Shown here one piece after another: positions 1 through 8,195 of a stretch of DNA of 21,881 bases. The position numbers were made by a program, and so were the translations under genes. The notes under the pieces are model-generated. The model was not told the origin of the DNA and ran no database searches. It saw only the letters and a program-made list of their open reading frames with translations. Positions within the stretch are counted from its first letter, which is position 1, and each line of letters begins with the position of its first letter. Source of the DNA: Candidatus Limnocylindrus sp. (GTDB taxonomy: Bacteria > Chloroflexota > Limnocylindria > Limnocylindrales > Limnocylindraceae); contig JBBAWM010000003.1 of the NCBI GenBank assembly GCA_040397175.1, forward strand, positions 223,355 through 245,235, given 5' to 3'.

Positions 1-1098
1 ACGATGAGCCTGCAGGCGGCGAACGCCGAATGGCTCTTCGTGCCACTCGAGGCTGCGGCAAAGATGCGCGCCAGCTTCATGCTCCTTGGGCCGCTCCTTG
101 CCCGATTCGGCCGAGTGATCATTAGCAACCCAGGCGGCGATCGCATTGGTCGTCGACCCGTGAACCTGCATGTCGACGCAATGCGCGCCCTCGGCGCTGA
201 AATTGACTACCGCGACGGCTACTACTTTGCGAAGAGCAACGGCCGCCTGAAGGGCGCAGCAATCAACTTCCCGCAGATCACCGTGATGGGCACAGAGAAC
301 GCGATCCTTGCCGCAGTGTTGGCCAAGGGGACAACGGTTATCACCCCCGCGGCGCAAGAGCCTGAGGTCGACGATCTGATCACACTGCTCAACGCCATGG
401 GCGCGCAGGTTGCACGAACCAAGCCAGACCGCATTGAAATTCAGGGTGTCGACGCACTGCACGGCGCAACGCATCGCATCATGCCCGACCGCATTGAGGC
501 CGGAACCTTTGCCGCCGCCGCCGCGGTGGTCGGCGGAACCATCAATGTCGATGGCGTGGAGCCGACACACATGACGGCGTTCATTGACCTGCTCGAACAG
601 CTTGGGGTGGACCACGCAGTGGAGGCGGATCCTTCCGATACAACGCGCAAGAGCCTGCGCGTCACCGGCCTCCCTGCCGGCGGCGCGTACCGTCCGACCA
701 ATATTCGCACGCAACCATTCCCGGGACTCGCGACCGACCTGCAGCCATCGGCAGGGTTGATGCTCACTCGCGCCGCAGGAACGAGCACGATTGAAGAGAC
801 GATCTTCGAGGATCGACTGGAGTGGCTCGTTGGGCTGCGTGGCTTCGGTGCGCAGGTGGAGATCGTTGATCCGCGCACGGCGCGCGTCACTGGGCCCACG
901 ACATTTAACTCTGCCGAGGCGGAGATTCCAGATCTCCGTGCAGGTGCCACACTGATGCTCGCGGCGCTGGCCGCACCAGGAGCGAGCCGAATCCACGGCG
1001 CGCACCACGTCCGACGCGGCTATGCGAACATTGAGGAGAAGTTCCGAGGCCTCGGCGCGGAGCTCACCCACGTAAGTGAAGAGGGAGTGGCGGGATGA
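1..1098 (+). CDS. murA: UDP-N-acetylglucosamine 1-carboxyvinyltransferase (5' end outside window)
   Basis: Motifs [65 protein letters not shown]. The frame is open from base 1 and only about 365 of the usual ~420 aa are present. Confidence 0.97.
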   Translation, partial: TMSLQAANAEWLFVPLEAAAKMRASFMLLGPLLARFGRVIISNPGGDRIGRRPVNLHVDAMRALGAEIDYRDGYYFAKSNGRLKGAAINFPQITVMGTENAILAAVLAKGTTVITPAAQEPEVDDLITLLNAMGAQVARTKPDRIEIQGVDALHGATHRIMPDRIEAGTFAAAAAVVGGTINVDGVEPTHMTAFIDLLEQLGVDHAVEADPSDTTRKSLRVTGLPAGGAYRPTNIRTQPFPGLATDLQPSAGLMLTRAAGTSTIEETIFEDRLEWLVGLRGFGAQVEIVDPRTARVTGPTTFNSAEAEIPDLRAGATLMLAALAAPGASRIHGAHHVRRGYANIEEKFRGLGAELTHVSEEGVAG

Positions 1099-2093
1099 AG
1101 ATTGGCATCGATCTAGGAACCGCAAACATTCTCGTCTTCGTGCAGGGGAGCGGCATCACCGTTCGTGAGCCGAGCGTGGTGGCCATCAACGATCGAGATC
1201 AGATCGTAGCGGTGGGCAACGAGGCGAAAGAGATGCTCGGTCGAACCCCTGGCTCCATCACCGCGATTCGCCCGCTGCGCGACGGGGTGATTGCCGACTA
1301 CGTCGTGACCGAGGCAATGCTTCGCTACTTCATCAAGAAGGGCACCGCTGGGAGATTCTCGTTCGGTCGCCCCGATGTCCTCGTGAGCGTTCCTGCCGGA
1401 TCAACGTCGGTAGAGAAGCGGTACGTGCTGGACGCGGCGCGACAAGCAGGCGCTGGTAAGGCATTCCTGATCGAAGAGCCGATGGCGGCGGCGATTGGTG
1501 CGGAGCTGCCGATCAGCGGCCCGTCGGGAAACATGATCGTGAACATCGGCGGCGGTACCGCCGAGATTGCCGTTCTCTCACTCTCGGAAATCGTGGTGAG
1601 CAAGTCGCACCGTGTTGGTGGCAACCGGTTTGACGAAGCGATCGCCCTCTACATTCGCCGCAAGTACAACCTGATGATCGGTGATCGCACTGCTGAGCAG
1701 GTGAAGATCGAGATCGGAAGCGCCCTTCCGTTGGAAGAAGAATTGACAATGAGCGTGAAGGGCCGCGATATGATCGCGGGCCTGCCACGCGAGGTGAAGA
1801 TCACCTCGACGGAGGTCACGGAAGCGCTCGAGGTGCCGCTACGAAACTTGACCGACGCCATTCGTGCCGTGCTAGAGCAGACACCACCAGAGCTCAGCGC
1901 CGACATCATCGATAAGGGGATCGTGATCTCTGGAGGCGGGGCGCTGCTCCGCAACATCGACCGACTCGTCACAACCATCACCGGTGTTGCCGCGCACATC
2001 GCTCCAGACCCGCTGAGCTGCGTCGCGAAGGGGACGGGCATAGCGCTCGAGCACTTCGACCAGTTCGCGAAGTCCATGACCAGCGAGGCCTAA
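1095..2093 (+). CDS. mreB: Rod shape-determining actin-like protein, MreB/Mbl family
   Basis: Motifs [65 protein letters not shown] overlap with the murA stop; GAGGGAG Shine-Dalgarno at 1081-1087. Confidence 0.96.
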   Translation: MKIGIDLGTANILVFVQGSGITVREPSVVAINDRDQIVAVGNEAKEMLGRTPGSITAIRPLRDGVIADYVVTEAMLRYFIKKGTAGRFSFGRPDVLVSVPAGSTSVEKRYVLDAARQAGAGKAFLIEEPMAAAIGAELPISGPSGNMIVNIGGGTAEIAVLSLSEIVVSKSHRVGGNRFDEAIALYIRRKYNLMIGDRTAEQVKIEIGSALPLEEELTMSVKGRDMIAGLPREVKITSTEVTEALEVPLRNLTDAIRAVLEQTPPELSADIIDKGIVISGGGALLRNIDRLVTTITGVAAHIAPDPLSCVAKGTGIALEHFDQFAKSMTSEA

Positions 2094-2097
2094 CCCT

Positions 2098-2808
2098 ATG
2101 GCGGCCCGCGCCGTCGTTGACCTGCACTGCCACACCAGCGCAAGCTTCGACTCCCTCAGCAATCCGATCGCCGTTGCCCGCACGGCAGCCCTGCGTGGGA
2201 TCACGCACCTTGCCATCACCGATCACGACCGCATCGACGGAGCCCTGCGTGCTCGCGATGCCGCCACACCAGGGTTGACGGTGATCATTGGCTCGGAGGT
2301 GCGCACCGTTCAGGGAGACCTCATTGCCCTTTACCTCGAGCGCCCCATTGCCGCCGGGCTCCCAGCGAGTGAGGCGATCGCCGCAATTCGTGATCAGGGT
2401 GGGCTCGTGGGGATCCCCCACCCGTTCGACGGCTGGCGCGGCTCACTGCTGCGAGATGAGGCGGCCCTTGCGCTGCTCAGCGAGGTCGACTGGATCGAAG
2501 GGTGGAACGCCCGACTGGTAGCACCTGGCGGCAATCAGCGTGCCTCCGAACTCGCCGTATCCCGCGGCATTCCGTCGGTTGCTGCAAGCGATGCACACAC
2601 GCTGCTGGAGATCGGCGGCGCCGCCACGATCATGACGGGCGATCTCAGCACCGCCGCTGGGTTTCACTCTGCGCTGCACGGCGACCTCACGCGCATCACT
2701 GGTCGCGGCGCACTCCTTGCGCGACTCTTCACGCCGATCGCAAAGCTGGTCAATGCCACGCGCGGGAATCGTCGCGTACGCCCAGGCAACACCTTCGGCG
2801 CACGCTAG
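2098..2808 (+). CDS. PHP-domain metal-dependent phosphoesterase
   Basis: PHP motifs DLHCHT, AITDHD, GSEV, PHPF, IEGWN, SDAH. Confidence 0.9.
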   Translation: MAARAVVDLHCHTSASFDSLSNPIAVARTAALRGITHLAITDHDRIDGALRARDAATPGLTVIIGSEVRTVQGDLIALYLERPIAAGLPASEAIAAIRDQGGLVGIPHPFDGWRGSLLRDEAALALLSEVDWIEGWNARLVAPGGNQRASELAVSRGIPSVAASDAHTLLEIGGAATIMTGDLSTAAGFHSALHGDLTRITGRGALLARLFTPIAKLVNATRGNRRVRPGNTFGAR

Positions 2809-2816
2809 GAGATCGG

Positions 2817-3821
2817 ATGCTACTCGCTCGACTCACGCGTCGCTCCACGATCTTCGCCCTAGGGCTGACGGTAATCCTTGTCGCAGGCGTGGTGCGTGCC
2901 GAAACTTCGTTCAACCTTGCTGAAGTCGCCGCCACACTGAATCGCGCCAACGTCTTGTGGCTACTGGTTGCACTTGCAGCGAGTTGGAGCACGTTTCCGC
3001 TACGAGGGTTGCGTTGGCGCATGATCCTCTCTGCATCGGGCTTCAACATTTCACGGCGCGCCGCAATAGAGATTCTCACCCTCTCGTTCTGGGTCAACTG
3101 TGTCTTGCCGGCAAAGATGGGCGATGTGTATCGCGGCTGGTTGCTCAAGCACAACGGCGCAACATCGTTCGGCAACGCAGTTGGCACCGTGATTGCGGAG
3201 CGCCTCGTTGACCTTGCCACCGTTGCACTCCTGGGCGCTGCATCGACATTTGTCGCATTCGGCGGGAAGTTGCCACCAACGGCACTCGCCCTCACCGCAC
3301 TGGCCCTGGGGGTGGCGGCGGCAATGACGCTGCTCCTCCTGGTGGCGCGTGGCTTCGCTGCCGCACTCATCTACGCGTTACCGGTCCCCGACGCCATCAA
3401 GAACGGATTTACGAGCGCCGCGTCGTCGCTTCGTGCAGGGAGTGGTGGAAGAGTGATTCGGACTGCGCTGCCGTTCTCGCTGGCCATCTGGATCGGTGAG
3501 TCGATTCGCCTTGCCGCTGTGGCCGCCGCACTTGGGCTCTTTGTGATCAACCCTGCCGCAGGCCAGATCGGCATCGCCAGCACCATCTTCGTGGCGCTCG
3601 TCTCGGCCGTGCTTACCGTGGTGCCCTTCACGCCAGCCGGTATTGGGATCGTTGAGGCCGGGATGGTCGGAATCCTTGTCGCGCTCTTTGGCTTCTCGCC
3701 CGAGTCAGCAATTGCCCTCGCGCTGCTCGATCGCCTGGTCGGGGTCGGCAGCCTGATCGTTGGGGGCGGTCTACTCTTCGCGCTTTCGCCGTATCGTCGC
3801 GGCGTTGGCGCGTTGCGCTAG
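2817..3821 (+). CDS. YbhN/UPF0104 family (lysylphosphatidylglycerol synthase TM domain) flippase-like membrane protein
   Basis: Motifs RGLRWRMIL, NCVLPAKMGDVYR, ERLVD, VPFTPAGIGIVE, LLDR; multiple TM helices. Start reassigned from 2502 to ATG 2817, which has AGGAG at 2807-2811. Confidence 0.9.
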   Translation: MLLARLTRRSTIFALGLTVILVAGVVRAETSFNLAEVAATLNRANVLWLLVALAASWSTFPLRGLRWRMILSASGFNISRRAAIEILTLSFWVNCVLPAKMGDVYRGWLLKHNGATSFGNAVGTVIAERLVDLATVALLGAASTFVAFGGKLPPTALALTALALGVAAAMTLLLLVARGFAAALIYALPVPDAIKNGFTSAASSLRAGSGGRVIRTALPFSLAIWIGESIRLAAVAAALGLFVINPAAGQIGIASTIFVALVSAVLTVVPFTPAGIGIVEAGMVGILVALFGFSPESAIALALLDRLVGVGSLIVGGGLLFALSPYRRGVGALR

Positions 3822-4855
3822 CGCTTCTTCACGATAGCCTTCTTCACGACAGGCTTCTTCGCGACAGGCTTCTTCGCGACAGCCTTCTTCACCTTCGGCT
3901 CCTCTGCAGGGAGTGGTTTCAACTTGAGCGTTCCTTCGGAGAGCTGCAGGCTGCGCTCAATGTTCAGCTTGTCCCAGCCCTCTTCCATGCCCGGTGTTTC
4001 AAGGTAGTAGTTCACGTGCGCGAGGCGTGGATGGCGAATGAGCGCCGCGAGGCCGCGTGTGCCCACCTCACCGCCGCCAATGTGTTGGTGGCGATCGAGT
4101 TTGGAGCCGTGCGCCGCCTTGCTGTCGTTGTAGTGGATCATCACCAGCTTCTCGAGACCGATCTTCTTGTCGAACTGCTCCACCAGTCGGTCAACCTCGT
4201 CGTCGCCCTTCATCTCAACGCCGGCGCCCCAGAGGTGTGCGGAGTCGAGGCAGTAGGCGACACGCGAAAGGTCGATGCCGCGGGCGGCCATGGATTCATG
4301 GATGTCGATCAGCTCGTCGAGGCTCTCGCCGATCCCATTGCCGCCACCAGCACTGTTTTCGAGCACCAAGAGTGCCGAGTCGTCGGCGAGCGGGACGCCG
4401 TCCAGGATGCGCTCCACCGCCTCGGCGACGCGGGCAACGCCCGCCGCGATACCGGTCCCCATGTGCGAGCCGATATGGACGTTGACGAACGAGGCGCCGT
4501 ACTCGGGCGCCACGCGAAGCTCGTGACGGAGCAGCTCCACCGTCTTCTCACGGAAGATCGGGTTCGGCCCGGCGAGGTTCGCTAGATAGGCGGCGTGTAC
4601 GGCGAGTGGTCCGAAGCCGTGCTCCTTCATGCGCGCGCGGAAGGCGGGGAGCTCCTTGGGGAGTTCGGCGCGACGCGCCCAGCCCGTGGGGTTGCCGGTG
4701 AAGATCTGTAGCCCCATCGCCCCAACCGCTGCGGCGCGATCGGCCGCCTTGACGAGGCCTGGCCCTGCGGCGAGATGGGCGCCAAGCATGCGGTCGAGTC
4801 GCCCAGCCGCGGCGGCTGGCGCACTGCTCTTGAGTTTCGGACGCTTGGCTGCCAT
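3818..4855 (-). CDS. nfo: Endonuclease IV (AP endonuclease) with Lys-rich C-terminal tail
   Basis: Zn-ligand motifs HAAYLANL, HIGSH, LENSAG, CLDSAH, HYNDS, DRHQHIG, LETP. Start placed at ATG 4855 (alternative 4789) because a -10-like element lies 6 nt upstream. Confidence 0.93.
   Translation of the reverse strand: MAAKRPKLKSSAPAAAAGRLDRMLGAHLAAGPGLVKAADRAAAVGAMGLQIFTGNPTGWARRAELPKELPAFRARMKEHGFGPLAVHAAYLANLAGPNPIFREKTVELLRHELRVAPEYGASFVNVHIGSHMGTGIAAGVARVAEAVERILDGVPLADDSALLVLENSAGGGNGIGESLDELIDIHESMAARGIDLSRVAYCLDSAHLWGAGVEMKGDDEVDRLVEQFDKKIGLEKLVMIHYNDSKAAHGSKLDRHQHIGGGEVGTRGLAALIRHPRLAHVNYYLETPGMEEGWDKLNIERSLQLSEGTLKLKPLPAEEPKVKKAVAKKPVAKKPVVKKAIVKKR
3824..3892. repeat. Coding tandem repeat, about 4.6 x 15 bp (consensus CTTCTTCRCGACAGS)
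   Basis: Units start at 3824, 3839, 3854, 3869 and 3884. On the minus strand they encode VKKAVAKKPVAKKPVVKKAIVKK of Nfo. Confidence 0.9.
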
Positions 4856-4861
4856 GGGGAG

Positions 4862-4870
4862 AGAGTGCCA
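4862..4870 (-). promoter_or_regulatory. Putative extended -10 (TGG-CACTCT) for a leaderless nfo transcript
   Basis: Hexamer lies exactly 6 nt upstream of ATG 4855 with no SD. It is a weak match to TANNNT. Confidence 0.4.
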
Positions 4871-4896
4871 CGCCGCGGCATAGGTCGCACGCCGCC

Positions 4897-5601
4897 CTAT
4901 GCACCTGTCGTCAGCGCCTCTCGAGCGACAGCGACCACGCCAATAGTCGTGCACCCAGCGGCGCGCAGGGCCACCGCAGCCGACTCAAAGGTGGCGCCAC
5001 TTGTCCAAATGTCGTCGACCAGGATCACGCGCGGCGGCATCGCGGCACCCGTGCGGACCGCAAAGACGCGATCCATGACGCGTCGTCGCTCTGCGCGGCC
5101 GAGCGTATGCAGCGCCGGCACCGCCCTGGTACGCAGAAGGAGCGGCGCAATCGCGCATGGCAGCGCATGCGCCGCAGCAGCCGCAATCAACGCGGCATGA
5201 TCGAAGCCGCGATCACGGAGCCGCGCCGGATCCGTTGGTATCGGCACAAGCGTTGCCTCACCGCCAAGTTCTTGTTGCACCGCACCAATCGCTCCCTGGA
5301 GCGCGGCGCCGAGCGGATCGGCCAGCGCTGGTACCCCGTGAAACTTCAACGTGCGCACCATCTCGCCGAGCCCGCCCTCGTAGGGGCCCACCCATGCACC
5401 GGCAGAGCAACCGGCCGGCGCACTGCCACGCTCAACATCGCCCGTACCCGTTAGCCCGAGGGCATCGCTGCACGGAGCGCAGAGGAGCTCCCCCTCCATG
5501 CCGCAGGCGCCGCAGCGTTGCGGAGCGAGGAGCGCCAACACGGGTGCGGCGGCGCGCTGCAACTCGCCAAAAGCCTCACGAGCGCGCTCGGTGAACTGCA
5601 T
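4897..5601 (-). CDS. comF: ComF family phosphoribosyltransferase-like protein
   Basis: N-terminal CGAC...CAPC zinc ribbon, LKF.G, VPIP, RGFDHA, and PRPP-loop VILVDDIWTSGAT. Start reassigned to ATG 5601 to avoid overlapping the divergent GNAT gene. Confidence 0.88.
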   Translation of the reverse strand: MQFTERAREAFGELQRAAAPVLALLAPQRCGACGMEGELLCAPCSDALGLTGTGDVERGSAPAGCSAGAWVGPYEGGLGEMVRTLKFHGVPALADPLGAALQGAIGAVQQELGGEATLVPIPTDPARLRDRGFDHAALIAAAAAHALPCAIAPLLLRTRAVPALHTLGRAERRRVMDRVFAVRTGAAMPPRVILVDDIWTSGATFESAAVALRAAGCTTIGVVAVAREALTTGA

Positions 5602-5646
5602 CCCCGCACGATCGTGTGATCTACGTACCGTCCGCGTATCGGGCGG

Positions 5647-5652
5647 TACGAT
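5647..5652 (+). promoter_or_regulatory. Putative -10 (TACGAT) for a leaderless GNAT-GT4 operon
   Basis: TANNNT hexamer 6 nt before ATG 5659; no SD. Confidence 0.6.
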
Positions 5653-5658
5653 AGGCGC

Positions 5659-6672
5659 ATGACCTCCACAACTCCCTGGACCGTACGCATCCTGCCACTC
5701 GCCGAACTTTCGGCAAGTGAGTGGGAGCGGCTGCTGGCGACGAACCCAACGGCGAGCGCCTTTAGCAACCGCGCCGTGCACGAGGCGTGGTGGATCGGCT
5801 ACGGCGCCGAAGCAACCGACATCTCACTTGCAGTCTATGACGCCGGTGGCACCCTCTACGCCTATCTGCCACTCATGCTCCGCCCGGACGGCGTGCGCTA
5901 TCTCGGGGCAACGTATCACATTGATTACGCAACGGTGCTGATTGATCTCACCCATGCAGAGCACGCACGGGCCGCAACAGAGGCACTCGTTACTCATCTC
6001 CTCGGCGATGCAACCGCACTCGATCTTCGACGCTTACGTCGCGCCGATCGAGCGCACGAGCTCCTTATGGGTGCACTCGTGGCAAACACCACACGAACTG
6101 CAACGTTGGCTGTTGAAGATCCTGCACCAGCAATCGATCTTTCAACCATCACCACCTTCGATGAACATCTCGAGCGCATCGACAAGAAAGACCGCCACGA
6201 GATTCGCCGCAAGGTACGACGTGGCGAAGGAGCGGGCGTGACGATTAGCGCCAAGGCACACCCAGTTGATGATCTTGCCGAATTCATCAAGCTGCATCGT
6301 GCGCGTTGGGGCCACCACGGGCTCTTTACGGACGACGAGAAGGGTGCGCGCGACGAACGGTTCATGCGAGAGCTCTTTGCTCGTGCCCCAGAAGAGTTGA
6401 TCACGATCATCGTTGCGCGCAATCTGGAATTCGGCGCGTTCGCCGCTGGCCTCTTCCTGCGCGACGCAGCGGGCCTCCGCTATTGGAACGCTGGTGGAGA
6501 GTTGGCGGCTCGCGCACTCTCGCCGGGAATCCTGCTCTTCGCACACGGGCTGCAGATGGCGATCGCGGAGGGCAAGCAGGTGTTCGACTTCTTGCGTGGC
6601 AGCGAGAGCTACAAGTACGAGGTCGGCGCGGCAGATGTTGACGTACTCATGATCACGGTGCCAGCGCAATGA
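5659..6672 (+). CDS. GNAT family N-acyltransferase, CelD/BcsL (Acetyltransf_6)-like
   Basis: EW..L....P.A..F, KKDRHEIRRKVRR, LHRARW, YWNAG, LSPGILL and FDFLRGSESYK are characteristic of this family. Confidence 0.87.
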   Translation: MTSTTPWTVRILPLAELSASEWERLLATNPTASAFSNRAVHEAWWIGYGAEATDISLAVYDAGGTLYAYLPLMLRPDGVRYLGATYHIDYATVLIDLTHAEHARAATEALVTHLLGDATALDLRRLRRADRAHELLMGALVANTTRTATLAVEDPAPAIDLSTITTFDEHLERIDKKDRHEIRRKVRRGEGAGVTISAKAHPVDDLAEFIKLHRARWGHHGLFTDDEKGARDERFMRELFARAPEELITIIVARNLEFGAFAAGLFLRDAAGLRYWNAGGELAARALSPGILLFAHGLQMAIAEGKQVFDFLRGSESYKYEVGAADVDVLMITVPAQ

Positions 6673-7917
6673 GTGCAACGCATGACTAAGCCCAAGGCTA
6701 GCGAGCACGGCGGTGGCCGCGCGCCGAAGGGTCCGCTCCCCGACGGCACACGCCTGCGCGTGGTGCAGCTGTTGGCCACAGGAACCAACGGTGGTGCGCA
6801 AGAGAGCGTGGTGAGTACCGTACTGCGTCTTGATCCATCGCGGCACGAGACCCACATCATCTCGCTCTCGCACGGCAGCACCATGGCTCGACTCCAGCGA
6901 CTAGGCTTCGCCACCGAGGTCATTGAAGACGAGAGCGACCAGCGCTCAGCCGAGCTGCTCGCCGATCGACTCATCGCCTTCAACGCGCAGGTGCTCCATG
7001 CGCATATGTATCGCGCGGAGGTGGTGGGTGTGGCCGCACTTGACATCGTGGAGCAGCGCACGGGGCATCGCCCCTACATGGTCTCCACCGTGCACTCGAG
7101 CCGTTTCCGCTCTCCCGCCGACCGCGAACTGCTCGAGCGCATCACCCCCAAGATCAACCGCCTCATTGCGGTGAGCGATGCCATCGTCGACAAGCTGGTT
7201 GCTGAGGGGCGCGACACCACGGCAATCAGCCGTATCTACAACGGTGTCGACCTGGAGCGTTTCGATGAGGCAACCGGGGGCGAGGCTATTCGTGCGGAGT
7301 TCGGTATTCCTGCCAGTGCCCCACTCGCCGTGGTGGTGGGACGCCTTGAGCCCGAGAAGGGGCATCCAACCCTGATCGAGGCCTGGCCCGTGGTGCATCA
7401 CCACTACACATCGGCGCACCTGCTCGTGGTTGGCGAGGGGTCAGAGCGTGATCGACTCGAAGGTCTCGCCGCCGCGCACCTGCGCGCCGAAGTCTGTTGC
7501 GCCAGCGTGCACTTCTTGGGTCGTCGTGAAGATGTGCCGCAGATCCTCGCGGCTGCGAATGTGGTGGTCATGCCCAGCTATCGCGAGGCGCAAGGGCTCG
7601 CCATTGTCGAGGCGCTCGCCGCCAATCGGCCGGTGATCGCCAGCAACGTGGGCGGGATCCCCGAGATGATTCGCTCGGGCGAAAATGGCCTGCTTGTGCC
7701 ATCGCACGATCCATCGGCACTCGCTGCGGCGATCGCGCTGCTGTTCCGTGACCCGGCACTTGCTGAGCGACTCGCAAGCGCCGGGCATGAACTCGCGCAC
7801 GAGAAATTCTGCGTCGATGACATGTTGCGCGACATCGAAGCGATCTACCTGCTTGCGGTCGGCGGACCAACAGGCGCGGTTCCCGATCGACATGGAGCCC
7901 GCGTCGTAACGCAGTGA
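6673..7917 (+). CDS. Glycosyltransferase family 4 (GT-B, retaining)
   Basis: GGAQ, LHAH, TVH, IAVS, IYNGVD, VGRLEPEKGH, FLGRREDV, EX7E motif EAQGLAIVE, SNVGGIPE. Start is GTG 6673 or ATG 6682. Confidence 0.93.
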   Translation: MQRMTKPKASEHGGGRAPKGPLPDGTRLRVVQLLATGTNGGAQESVVSTVLRLDPSRHETHIISLSHGSTMARLQRLGFATEVIEDESDQRSAELLADRLIAFNAQVLHAHMYRAEVVGVAALDIVEQRTGHRPYMVSTVHSSRFRSPADRELLERITPKINRLIAVSDAIVDKLVAEGRDTTAISRIYNGVDLERFDEATGGEAIRAEFGIPASAPLAVVVGRLEPEKGHPTLIEAWPVVHHHYTSAHLLVVGEGSERDRLEGLAAAHLRAEVCCASVHFLGRREDVPQILAAANVVVMPSYREAQGLAIVEALAANRPVIASNVGGIPEMIRSGENGLLVPSHDPSALAAAIALLFRDPALAERLASAGHELAHEKFCVDDMLRDIEAIYLLAVGGPTGAVPDRHGARVVTQ

Positions 7918-8195
7918 GGTCACGCGCCACGAAGCCGGTTTCCACCGTAACGTCGACTTATTGGATTTTGCTGAGTATCGTTTCGGGCGTCGTTGCCCTC
8001 TTCCCACTTGCGATCCTGTTGCTGAACTTCGTCGCCGATCCATCGAGCAATCCGTTCGACGAGCGCGGCTACGGCGCCGTGATTTGGATCCTTTTCCTCT
8101 CAGTGCCGACAGGCGGCATCATCTTTGCTGTTGGGGCCCTGGCAGCGGTCGCGATTGAGTGGTTCGCCGCGCTAAAGCGCAATCGTTCGCGCTAG
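7914..8195 (+). CDS. Small hypothetical membrane protein (2 TM helices)
   Basis: GTGA overlap with the GT4 stop, two hydrophobic segments and a basic C-terminus; exactly fills the gap to the next gene. Confidence 0.7.
   Translation: MRSRATKPVSTVTSTYWILLSIVSGVVALFPLAILLLNFVADPSSNPFDERGYGAVIWILFLSVPTGGIIFAVGALAAVAIEWFAALKRNRSR

Noticed and set aside
2502-2816. N-terminal extension of the flippase ORF (439 aa in the track)
   Set aside because: It overlaps the PHP gene in another frame and reads as non-protein-like sequence; ATG 2817 has a good SD.
3824-3892. Possible CRISPR array or terminator
   Set aside because: The 15-bp units are contiguous with no spacers and lie in frame within the nfo tail.
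5607-5616. Perfect palindrome CACGATCGTG between comF and GNAT
   Set aside because: It is only 10 bp, I noticed no second full copy, and there is no local regulator. It may simply contain the comF -10 (CACGAT).
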